Source: Selaginella moellendorffii
Taxonomy: Eukaryota; Plantae; Lycopodiophyta
Direction: 5' to 3'
Assembly (NCBI RefSeq): GCF_000143415.4
Contig: NW_003314419.1
Span: 1-64,000, forward strand
DNA length: 64,000 nt
The notes beneath the pieces are model-generated. The model made no database searches, was not told where the DNA came from, and worked only from the letters and a program-made list of their open reading frames with translations. Within the stretch, counting starts at the first letter, position 1. Every line of letters begins with the position of its first letter. Shown one piece after another: positions 9,900-23,100 of this stretch. A program made the position numbers and the translations under genes.

Positions 9900-12800
9900 T
9901 CTTTATAAGTATGAATAATTTTCTAAAACAATTTTAGTCTTCAAGATTAGCATTTTCTACAACATCCATCTTACAACTGATATATATCCCAGCTGAAAAT
10001 ATGTTTGTTTTTTAATAATTTTCTTTAAAAAAAGTTTTTATATTTTATGTAGATAATGGTATTCTATAGTATTTAATAAAGCCAAAAATTTCTTCAGTTA
10101 GAAGGAAGCAGTTGTTCTTTTAATAAAAAATATATTTTAGTTATTCATGTATATAGTTGTATGTTAGATCTAATTATATAATTTTGAGTTTTATGTACAA
10201 TATAATCTAGGTTTGAAAAATCTAATTTATAATACAAGAGAGTGATGACCTAGATTGAATAAAATAATTTTTTTAAAAAATATATAACAAATTTAAATCT
10301 TATTATGAATATATAATCTTATTTTCTATGTTAATTGCTAACATTTCCTACTAGATGGATTTACTGGTAGTGTTGTGTAACTAATTGTAATCAACAGTGA
10401 TATGCTTTCATTAACAGCAATTTCATCCTAGAAAAAATCAATTACGGCTTCTTTACAAAACATAAGAATACTAAACCCAATATGAAGGAAATCCTTCAAA
10501 CTTTTTCATCATGATTCTTTCTATATTAATTTTCAGACTATTGTAATCTAATTATTTATTTTAATCTTATATCTCACTTCAAGATCTATAAAAACAATTA
10601 CATGCTTTTGTTATATATGCTAAATCCACATATAATATCAACATATTCCCACCTTCAAATATATGCATAAAAATATGTTTTCAAAAGAAATCAAATGATA
10701 CTCATAGAAGTTTGTATTTGGCACTCTTGAACAAAATGTGTTATTTAGAATTTTCAGTTTCAACTCCAAGGGATGTAAATAGTGGCAATAGAATTTAAGT
10801 GTCAGAGATGGATTTTACAAGATGAAAAATATATTAAAAATACTGAAAAGTGGATTTGAATATTAATAATACAATTAATATTTAGAGTAAAAGATTTTTT
10901 TAGTTAAAAACCAGATAGTGGAGTATTTGGAGCAAGTAATAAAACAAAAGTGTATTATTATTGTGAAATATAAATTAGTAAATATATTAGAAACTAAGTT
11001 ATTTTTTCTATTCAAATAAATGGTCCATACGATAAATATACAAAACATGTACATTCTTGAAGAAAACAAAAAACATTTCATTAGTTTTGGAAGACTTTTA
11101 TAAGTTTAATTAATTATATAAATCATATTTAGTCTACAAGAGTAGAGTTTTCTACGACATTCTTTACTTAGTTAGAGGCATCATTACAGTTAAGATAGAA
11201 TTAATGTTAAAGGTATTATTACAGTTCAAATAAAAACACATTATCTGAATATGCAATCAAAATTATAATTTCTGAAAATTAACCTATTATGTTTTGGTAG
11301 TATATAATTCTTTGGTTTTATGAAAACTGAATTGATTTTAAATTATGCCAGCAATCTTGTAGATGTGTTTAGGTTTGTGTACTGTTTGACAATACAATAA
11401 GAGAATTCAAATTCAAATTTAGTGATGATTAAAATATGATCTTCTCTTCCCGACCATTTGCATTATTATCTAATTGCATTATTTTCCATTTCTCTATAGA
11501 TGAATAGTAGCAAAATTAAGATAAATTAAACTTTGTATACAATCAGAATTCCTAACATTGTAAAATTAGAAAAGAAGATCTATTTATCTTGGGTATGCTA
11601 TATCTCCCAACAAATATTTCAGCATACTCATTGTTCTATAGAATGAAACCTTTATAGAACAAAGAGTATTTTATTGATTTAATACTATATTATTAAAATT
11701 AAATATACTTTTGTTGTACAAATATAGTATATAGTAGATACAATAGAAGACTACAATAGAAAACTTCACTCAACGATTAGAATTTTAAATGTGATATAAT
11801 ATTATGAGTTATATTTATTATGTTATGATGTGTGTTAGTGATAGATTCAATTGTAGAACGGATTTTTAATATAAACATTATATTATGTTTAACTATGTAT
11901 GTTATCATTATGATTATGTTAAAAATTACAATTACAATTACGACTCTTTAAAATTACTAAAATATTAGGAATAAACACGATGCATAGCTGGGACATTAAT
12001 CACTAATTTTCATTGCTCTCAGCATTGATCATGTTATTATACTGTATTAAATATAGTACCATAAAAAAATATAATAATATTATTATTTAAGTGCTAGATC
12101 TATGTTTATAAAATATATTAATAGGTTTTATAATCTATGTTTGTTGATAATCATGTTCTCCTTTAGATAATTTCTGTGTTTAATAATTTAATTTAATTTT
12201 TATTTTTGAACTAATATTTTCTAGATTTTTAGCATTGTATGATTTAAAATCCATTAGCTAGAGACAACCTTGAATAAATTATTGCAAGTTTCAAACTTGA
12301 TTAAAGCTTTTGAAGACATAACTTTCATAAACTTTTATAATCATAACTTCTAGCATGATATCATTTAATTATAATCCTCATGAGTTTATTATTTTAAACT
12401 TTATTCCTAACAATCTAGATATTTATATTCAACTTGTTATACTTATTTTTAATCTGAATCTCTTTTCATGAGAATTTCGTTTTGGCCGCTCTTTTTAATT
12501 TATTTCCCAGCAGAGTTGTTTTTCTCTCACACATGTGATATATGGGTTTGCTCTTTTTAGAAACCATTAAAACTTATTATTTTAAATACTTAATTGACCA
12601 TTTTGAACCAAGAAGATTATTTCCTTATGTTTTGATAGGGACTGAGATAATACAAATGCAGAAGAAATCTAGAGCAAGATCAAAAGACTTATGTAAACCA
12701 TATGTTTTAACTATAGAAAATAAATCATTTTGTCAATATTGAGACAAAAGATAAAACTCATGTAAAGCTGCTGGTAGATTTAAGTAAGATTATGAGCAAG

Positions 12801-15800
12801 AAGACTCATTAAAAATATAAAAGATTTTGCTTAATTTTGAGATATTATTAAGATATGGATTTGATATTTGTATGTGTATGAGATATCTCATACCGTATTA
12901 GATACCATGTCATATAGTAGACATGAATGCATAGTTTTATAATGAAGCATTAGTACAGGTTTGTCCTAATACAAATATTATATCTCTAATGCAATTATTA
13001 TCTTTGGATGAAGATAAAAGAGAATATTGGTTTAAGAAGATCTATAAAGTTTCTCTTATGTAGAATTTTCTTGAAATAGTTTTTCTATCTTTGGATGGAT
13101 GGTAAAACTAGTGCATTGATATTTTATTTTATGTTCCTTATCTTTCGTGATTTGTCATTGTAAGTATTATTTCTACAACCGCACAGAGGAGCCCAAAAAG
13201 TTGTTTATCTATGGTATAAGAACACAAACCTCTTAGTATATAAGGAGAAAGGTAAACAAGAAATACAACCTTAGCTCCTTTATACATGCAAAACTAAAGC
13301 AAAAACTTTGACACAATTAACAGCAAAATGCAAATTAAAAACACTTGATGCTATATACTTATACTTAATTTACTCGACACTACAGTTTTAAAATAACTTA
13401 AAACTGCTCTATGAAGTATATAAAATGTATAGGCAAATTAATAATTGTCTATCATTAAAATAAACTACTCATTGCTATCTCTTGTAGCATGACATCCAGA
13501 TGACAAATATTCCAAACCATCTTAAGTTCCACCAACTAATAAATCATAATGATATAACGAATGCATGATGCAATGAATATAGATGGTAGTAAATTCTTGA
13601 AAAAATTAACCTTGTATGCATTTAAAATAGTAAGTTTGCCAACCAAGATATATTTCCAGTAGAGTTGGGATCCTTGCTATGGCAAGAGAGCACAGGTCTC
13701 AGGAGAGTTACGGTTATTAGCTTTCATTCATGAGGGCATAAACTTACAAAACAAGTATGGTGGATTATATGCAACAAAAAAGAACAACTTGAAAGATAAT
13801 ATATAGAAAATTAAATATAAAGGGAAAGGATTTTTAAATAAAAAAGCACATTTTATTCCAATTGGTTAAGGGTATTAGGATACTCGGGGGGTTAAATATC
13901 TTAGGGTTTGAGTAGGATGACCTCCCAAAATGTTGAAATTTAAGAGTTTTCTCAAATAAAACAAAACTTTCAGCTTCATATATATATAAATTGTATAAAG
14001 AATCTTACAATCTATTGTGTTGCAAAGAACTATTATGCATTATTTAGATTTTGTGACTTTATATTTTCTTAATATATCTAGAACCATTCTCCATTGCTGG
14101 CTTATGAGGTTTAATATAAATGTGGTAGCAAGCTAGATAGATTTATGTATATATGTTTTATAATGTAAAACCAGACATATAATAGAAATTTTATTATTCT
14201 TTTGTAAATTATGAATGTTAGAGGCATAACTCAATATGCAATTAAAGTTATAATTTCTCCAAACTAAACTGTTATTTTTTGGTAATCTATGATTCTTTGG
14301 TTTTGTGCAAACTCAATTGCTTTTAAAGCATGGCAGAAATTTGTATACGTGTTTAGGGTTGTGCACCTTTTTATAAAGGCAATAAAAACATCAAATTCAA
14401 ATTTAATAATGATAAAAAATGATCTTAATTCCCCAACACACATTATTATCTATTTATATTATTGTACATTTCTCTGGATATGAATACTAAAAAATTTTAG
14501 ATAAATTTAACTTTATATATAATAAAATTTTCTAATATTTTAAAATTAGAAAAGAAGAATTATTTATCTTGGTTATGTTATATCTCCCAGCGGAGCTGGA
14601 GTTTGTGCTAGTAAGATATCTCATACACATACAAATATAAAATATATATCTTAATAATATCTCAAAAATTAGTAAAGTTTTAGTTTTCTTGCACAGAATC
14701 TTATTTAAATCTACAAGCAGCTTTACATGAGGTTTATCTTTTGTCTCAATATTGATACAATGATTTATTTTCTACAGTTAAAACATATGGTTTTTATACT
14801 TCTTGTGATCTTGCTCTAGATTTTACTGCATTTGAATTATCTCAATCCCTATCAAAACATAAGGAAAATATCTTCTTAATTCAAAATGATAAATTTAGTA
14901 TTTCAAAGAAAAAAGTTAATGGTTTCTAAATAGAGAAAAATTATATGTCACAGTTGAGATAAATACAATTCTGCTAGGAAATATAGAAATAATATTTTAA
15001 AATTTATTTATTATATGTATTTTATAAAATAAAAATATTAATAAACTTATAATACAGAACGAATATTACCAATGGATCAAGAGTGTGTAAGACATTTGTA
15101 ACTAATATTATAAAAGATAACTACTATGAAATTTAAATGATGAGAAGGCTAAATACTTGAGAAGATAAAACATAGAATAAAATAATAACATTATCCCAAT
15201 TAAATATATAGATTCTTAGGAATAAAGTTGAAAATAATAAACTATGCTTCATTAGGATTATAATCAGGTGATATCATGCTAGAAGTTCTGATTATAAAAG
15301 CTTTAAAAAGTTTGAAACTTGCATTAATTTTATTCAAGATTATCTCTACCCAATGGATTTTAAATCATATAAAACAAAGAATTTAGAAAATTTGAGTTCA
15401 AATATAAACTTAAAAAAATCCAAAAATAGCTATTATTTAAAGGAGAACATGATTATTAAAGAAACAAATTATAAAAATATTAGCTTCTAAATATTAATTC
15501 TATTATATTTTTGTTTATAGTAATATATTTAATATACTATAATAACATTATCAATTCTGAGAGTGATGAAAATTAGTGACTGAAGTCTTAGCTATGCTGC
15601 TAGCATCATGGTTATTCCTGATGTTTTAGAAATTTCAAAGAATTGTAATAATAATTGTAATTTTTAACATAATCATAATGATAAAATACGTAGTTAAATA
15701 ATATAATATTTATATTAAAAATCCCTTCTACAATTGATTCTATCACCTACACACATGAGATCATACTAAATATAACTCATAACATTATATCACATTTAAA

Positions 15801-18800
15801 ATTCTGATTGTTGAGTGAAGTCTTTGATCTTCTATAAATGGAATTCCTTACTATGGAATCCCATGGCCAGATGAGTCATTTAGAGCTTGAGGTTTGGTAA
15901 ATATTATTTTCTTTTGTTTGATAACTTTATAAATGATATAAAAATATTATCACTTGATGATTCATTCAACACTACAAATTTCCCACTTAATAAAGTGTTA
16001 TTTTAATTACACTAAAATATAATAATGTTAAAACATATAGATTTAGAACTCACTTAAACTTCATACATCTTATTAATTTAAAAGATATAGACATTGTTAT
16101 GGAGTTTACTACTTATTAAATTTAAAATATTATATTAGATATTGTTCACATCATTTCTGTATATGTTTATATATTGAGAAAATTCTTATATAAATAAAGA
16201 TAATTATCTCTATGCTTCATGTAATTTTATTTAAATTTATTTCATTATAACAATGTTATTGAGGCTAAATGTTTTCAGTAAAAGTTAAGGTTTTACTCTT
16301 ATATTAGGGTATTGATGATGTGTAATATTTTTTCCTTGGAATGACATTCTTTTAGATTGTAGCCTTTTGTATTGTGTCTAATGTTGTCTCAATCATATTT
16401 TTACCTGTATCTCTTTATATTTATTTATATGTTTTCTTTGTTTAAATCTTAGACTATATCTGAGCTAACTGAAAACTCAATTTGATTAGATTCATTGATG
16501 AGTGTGTAATAAATATCATGAGATTATTGATTAAATTAAAAAAATTCATAAGATAAAGTACCTGCAGCCATTCAACTCTTATATTTTAAATTATGAGATA
16601 TATCATTTTCTATAGTTATTACTTTATTTAGTTATTTAAATTTTTAGTATATTTTCTATTGTGTCTACTATATATGATCTTTGTACAAACAAATAATGTG
16701 AAATTTTTCTATTTTTAAATTTTTATAATAATAAACTTTTTAGATTTAAAACTCACTTAAACTATATACATCTTATAAATTTAAAAAATATGAACATTGT
16801 TATGGAGTTTATTATTTATTAAAATTAAAATAAAAATATTATATTATTAACATTATTTCTGTATATGTTTTTATATAGAGAAAATACTGATATAAATTAT
16901 CTCTATGCTTTGTGTAATTTTATTTAAATGTTATCAGTAAAAGCTAAGGTTTTACTCTGATATTAGTGTATTGATGATGGATAATCTTTTCTCCTTGAAA
17001 TGACATTTTTTTTAGATTGTAGCCTTTTGTATTGTGTGTAATGTTGTCTCAATCAGATTTTTACCTGTATGTCATTATATTTATTTATATGTTTTCTTTG
17101 TTTAAATCTTAGACTATATCTGAGCTAACCAATAACTCAATCTAATTAGATTTTTTGAAGTGTGTGTACTAAATATCATAAGATTATCGATAAAACTAAA
17201 GCTAATATATAAGATAAAATAGCTACCCCCATTCAACTCTTATATTTTAAGTTTGAAATATATCATTTTCTATAGTTACTACTTTATTTACTTTTTCAGT
17301 TTTAGTATATTTTCTGTTGTGTCTACTATATATGATCTTTGTACAACAAAATTATGTACTAATGTACTATCGAATCATTCAAATACTTTTTGTTCTATTA
17401 AGGTTTCATTCTATAGATCAAAGAGTATGCTGAAATATCTGCTAGGAGATATAGCATGCCAAAGATAAATAGATCTTCTTTTGTAATTTTACAATGTTAG
17501 AAATTTTGATTGTAAACAAGGTCCAATTTATCTTAATTTTACTACTCATCTACAAAGAAATGGACAATAATGCAATTAGATAATAATGCAAGTGTTGGGG
17601 AAGATAAGATCATTATTTAATCATCATTTTATTTTTTTTTAAATTCAAAAATAAACATAAATAAATCTATCTAGATATTCACACTACATTAAATGTGTTT
17701 AAAAAGAGGTATATCTGAAACCAATTATTATATTAGAGAGATAATCTTTGCATTAAGACAAACCTGTAATAATGCTTTCAGATAAAACTATGGATTCCAA
17801 TTTTAAAATAAATTAATATTAAATGTTTGAAAACTACTTACTGTTCAGCAAATATATGAAGGTGAACATGATTACAAATTAACTTATTATCAAAATAATA
17901 ATAATTTGAATATAAACATGAATCTAGCACAATACTGTGTAAAAATTAATTTTATTTCTTGTGAATATGATAAATTAATTAATGTCATTAAAAATTTATT
18001 TATTTATTTATTTATAAATAAATATTAATTATTAAGCTTATTATTTGTCAGTAAAGAGTAACTATGGCATTTTTATTCTCAATACTTCTTCATTTTAATT
18101 TATAAAAATTACATTGTTGATACTTATATATTATTATTATTAATATATTATTATTATCTTACTTGTTGTTCTTACTTATATATTAAGTACTTGTATCTTA
18201 CTTATTGTTCTTACTGGTTTATAATGACACCTATGATGCGGTACACATTCTACATAATGAGTTTGTCTCTTTGCCTCGTTTGATAATTTCTGTTTTTAAT
18301 AATTTAATTTTAAGTTTATATTTAAACTGAAATTTTCTAAATTTTTAGCTTTATATGATTTAAAATTTATTAAAAACTTGCAATAGTTTTATTCAAGATT
18401 GTCTCTAGCCAATGGGCTAGAGATAATCTTGAATAAAATTATTGCAAGTTTCAAACTTTATTAAAGCTTTTGAAGTCATAACTTCCATAAAATTTTATAA
18501 TTATAACTTCTAGCATGATATCACTTAATTATGATCCTGATGAAGCATAGTTTATTATATTAAACTTTATTCCTAGCAATCTATACTTTTTTAATTGGGA
18601 GTTTTTTTACTACTTCGTAATCTGAATCTCTTTTCATGAGAAGTTCATTTAGACCACTCTTTTTAACATTTTGAATTCTTGTTTCTATAAAATTTTCTTC
18701 TTATTCTATATTGTTTCTTCTCAAGTATTTTGTCTTTTCATCATTTAAATTTGATAGTAGTTATCTTTTATATTATAAGTTACAAATGTCTTACACACTC

Positions 18801-19000
18801 TAATCTATTGGTAAATTAAGTTCTGTATTATAGGTGTATTAGTATTATATATTTTTTAAGATATTATTAAGAACTGGATTTGATATTTGTATGTGTATAA
18901 GATAGCTTATACCTATTTCTCTATTGTGATGAGGTTTAATATAAATGTGGCAGCAATTAGGACAAAATTTACTTAGTGGGTTTTGTGCAGAGCTCAGATA
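9900..19000. repeat. Very AT-rich mosaic of direct and inverted degenerate repeats, probably non-autonomous Helitron bodies
   Basis: ~12560-12900 inverted at ~14610-14970; ~12200-12480 inverted at ~15200-15450 and direct at ~18280-18660; ~16020-16690 tandem with ~16740-17350; homologs at ~38070-38450 and ~58840-59500 next to a Helitron end. Confidence 0.6.
14586..14611 (+). mobile_element. Helitron 3' terminus (hairpin plus CTAG)
   Basis: CCCAGC-GGA-GCTGGA, 7 nt, CTAG|T; same motif as the end of the RepHel element. Confidence 0.8.
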
Positions 19001-19496
19001 GTGAATCATCTACTTAGTGGGTTAATAGTAGATTTACGAGATTTGTCAGCAGGTACATCATCTGTCGTCATGTTTTCTGATTTCAATCATTCTTTAGTTT
19101 TGAATGCAACCGAGGTAGAGCTCCATTTCTGAGAGTTATGACACAACATTTAAGAACTTAGCTACAAATGTAGATTTCCACACAAGGGTCACCAACTTGT
19201 CGCTGCTTCCGTCACTGCATGATGCTTGTGATTTTCTTGCTCAAGCTGGTCATGAGAAAAAACAAGAGCTGTAAAAGGCACAGCTTAGAATCAAAGCTGT
19301 AAGTCTCAGTAGCAACCAGTAGTAGTAACAAGGTAAGGGCTGATATTTCTAAGAAAGTTTCTGGTTTACCTTTCTTGTGTTCAATGATTCTTTTGATCAT
19401 TTTTTTGTTTCTTTTTCTTTTTCTTGGTGTCTGGTGCCTCACTTATGTTTTGTAGCCTTTTAAATGCTATACAACACCAATCTAGTCTCCTACTAA

Positions 19497-19518
19497 GCTC
19501 TATTTCGTTAAAGTGGGA
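19497..19518 (+). repeat. Left terminal inverted repeat
   Basis: GCTCTATTTCGTTAAAGTGGGA. Confidence 0.92.
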
Positions 19519-20173
19519 ATTGTCATTATCCCACTTGTAAAATAAGGTTTCCAAACCTTTATATAGTATATAAATATAACAAAATTCAACTGCATTGAGG
19601 CACATGCCATTTTATTTTAAACAAGGAAATATCTACTCAATCACTTCTCCTCCCCCTGCCACTGCTTCACCTCTCTCTTCTCCTTGTCATTGTCGTCCAA
19701 TTTCTTTCCATCCTTTTAATATTGGCTCAGTTGCTCCAAGTCTAGGTGGAGCCCAAGTCCCCATTCAATCTTTACTTTCCCCTTATTAATAAAACAATTT
19801 CGTAGACTTCCAATAACATGCTGTAACACTTCTAGTATAATGCAAATCCTCTCAAAGAATTGTCTTTTAATATTAATACAATGGCATGGAACCCCATGCC
19901 ATAATAAGTTACATTTTTAAATAAATACATGCCATCTCAGACTGTTATTTTTTGCCTCCAACGCCTATACAATAATCTTGGAATTTCATCACTCTCCACA
20001 CTATCAGGATTTAAACCCAATAGTAATGCCATCTCTTCTCTAATACATCCACGCTCATGTTCAGTGGTCGAAGAACCCATCCGGTTGAGTAGATTATGGA
20101 GATGCGGATAGTGCTTGGCTAGACAATATACATGCCATAAATGATGACTGGTGTCTGTCCGATCAAATGGCTT

Positions 20174-23100
20174 CTAATATACCGTTCCATCTGCCATTTG
20201 GTTGATTTCTGCAGCCACCTCCTGGACTGCCCGGTTCTCTATCACCATCGCTCCAAGCCGTTCTGCAAGGTCCCCCAGAACATATGGTTTCTTCTCCCTA
20301 GTTTCCATACTGCAAGAGATGGGGTGCACTGCATATGTGTGCATGTTCGCTGCAGTTTTAATCGGCGAGTCATCGATGATGAGGATTTCACTTGACCTAG
20401 CAGTCCGGTTCATCACTACAGCCTCTGGCTTGACGAAGATGGGCTTGCTACCCCTCACATGGACCATAGTCAAGCAATCCTCCTGCGTTAGGAGAAAGTC
20501 AAATGGTAATATTACTCGCGTTTGATCGTGCATCATCTGTAGCAACGTTAATGCATTGTGGCGCATCATGGATGTCCAAACTCCCAATTGCAAATTGAAC
20601 CCGGCCCTCTGTTTTAAGTGTTGCATGGTCATTATTAGATCCCGTAGTTTCTCCCGTGTGATTAATGTGAATCTGTCTCTTTTGACCAACTTGCGACCGC
20701 AGGCTTTGGAGGGTGCAGTGACATTCGAGGACGAGCCACGCTCATGGGAGAAAAGGACACTGTTCAGATCAAAAACGATATAGTACCTTCGCCGTGACTC
20801 TGAAATGAAATGCGTCAGCATAAAAAATGGTACAAGTCAATTTTACCAACTACAATATTAGCGAATGGTGCTCCCGATGGTCGTTTAGAGGGTTTTGGTC
20901 GAGGAAACGTGAAGGGCGAAAATACTCTCCTCTGCAATGTGGGGTCAATCGCATCCGATGGCGTGTGGGCACATGCCATTTCAGCTGTAGACTTTGGTAC
21001 AACTGGCTCAACAGTGGCATGGGGTGGTTCCGATGGCGTGTGATCACACGCCATTTCAGCTGGTGCCTCCGTTGGCAAAGTGGACATGACCGAACAGGCA
21101 GCAGGGGCGGTGTAGGGAGGTTCCAACGGCACGTAGTCAGACGATTGGGCACACGTTGAGTCCGTTGGAAATGAGGGTACGACCGGCTCGGCGGTTGGGG
21201 CGGCCTCATGCGGGTCCAATGGCACCTGGTCACCGTCAGTTGGATACGTGGACAAGATTGACTCAGTGGTATGGGCAGCATCAAGTGGAGCGTGGTCAGC
21301 TTGCTTGGCGTTGATATGGATAGTAGCCTCCACCAGCTCTGATGACTCTTGTAGACAAGTAGAGTCCACTGGCGGATCCATATGCATGTCCAAATATCTC
21401 CCTTCGATTGAGATGGTATCCTCCCTACTGGCTACTAAAAACAAACTCATTAGCACATTGAATCGACTATACTGTATTTACCATCAACTGCTATTGAGGA
21501 ACTAGGACCGATATCACTTGGGCGCATTGCTGATTCTGAAGGATTGGACATACGTTTCGACCCTTGCTTGGCACTATCCTTCCTCGACACTAAAGGCTAG
21601 AGTTTGTATCTTAATTCAACTGAATAATCTCTACTTACCATTTGCTTTGCGACCTACATGGACAATGTTAGAAATGGTAAAAGGTTAGGAATGGATGTAC
21701 TATTATTTACCTGATGGTTTGTTTTGTATGACCTTCCTCTGCTGCTCTTTGGCCACCTCAGGCTGGCCATCGTCGTCATCATCGTCGTCGTCGTTATTGT
21801 GATCGTCACCATTGTGAGGACCATCCAAGTCCTCTTCGTCCTCCTCTTCTTCGTCCTCCTCTTCTTTGTCCTCCTCTTCGTCCTTCTGCTCTTCCTGCTC
21901 ATTATCTTTCTCTGGCTCCTCATCCCCCTCCTGCATTTTTTCCATAGGCTGCTTAGGCTGGATGGCTTGTTCTTCCAGGACCATCTTGGGAAAATCATCT
22001 GGCCGAGTCTCCATCTCAAAATACAAGACATCCATAACCTGTTTTAGTGCGTGACCTAGGACCGTATCCTCACCCGACTGTCTTAACATGGTTTCTGCAC
22101 GTTCTTGCACCCTTCGAAGACGACGAGATGAGAAAAACGTGGCCCTGACTTGAAAAGCATCCCTCATCCATTGTACCTCTCCATTGAGATTGGGGAAGGG
22201 GAGTCCGCCATAGGAATCTGAGTCAGGAGGTGGTGACCGCGAGGCATTACCTATCATCTTTTCGTTGCCCTTCTTCCTTTTCGAATCAAACGCCTCTGAT
22301 CCCGACGATTGTCCAACGTGCTTTCGCTTTTTATGACCACTATCAGTTTGAGCTTGGCTGGTGCTTGCCTGTTTTGCCTTTGAAGAAGTGTCTCCTGCAA
22401 GGAATGGCATGAGACCACACGCCATTGCAAATATAATTTGTACCTCCTTTTTTCCTATTGCTTGTCTGTTTGTCCTTCTTCGACGCGCCATCAGTGCGCT
22501 TTTCAGTCCTCGTGTCTGAATATTCACAACGATCTATAATCAAAATGGCGTGAGGCCTCACGTGACCTTACCTTGTGCAGGTTGTGAGCTCGGCCCAACA
22601 TGGGTATCTTCAACAGTAGTTGTTAACGCCGTTTCAGCATCTGGGGGTGGCCACACTCCTGCATACAGAGCTTGTGAGATAACATTTAAACTTAAAGTGC
22701 GTACTCACCAGGTTCACAGAGAAGATACTGTTTTTCTTTGGCAACTGTAATTATATGCTTCATTGAAGTCACCTCTTTAATGGAGTTTGTCACCGCAACA
22801 CACGGGACACCCTTGAGTAGTGCGGCTCGAAAGAATAGTCCGCCGCAGTTGTACTCGACAACGCATTTGCCCTTGGAGTTGGAAGCAGGTGCTATTGCGT
22901 TGAAGACCCAGCTGAGCATTTCCCATGCTGCACCTGGAGCTTTCTCTGGATTCGAAAGCTCCATAGCCGTCTTCAGTTCCTCAGGCACGGGTAAATTGAC
23001 CTCCCTCAGATCAATTCGATCGGCCTTGTCGAACGAAGCTGGGAAGTCACTCCAGTCCCACTCTGCTGCAGGACCAATAACAAGGGCGAGTGTGAAGATG

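Noticed and set aside
10875-17468. Short hydrophobic ORFs in AT-rich DNA
   Set aside because: Compositional artefacts without motifs; frames not evidently conserved between repeat copies
20800-20846. Frameshift between the Pro/Ala-rich ORF and the HAD ORF
   Set aside because: Better explained by a 47-nt GT-AG intron with a CTGAC branch site that restores the frame
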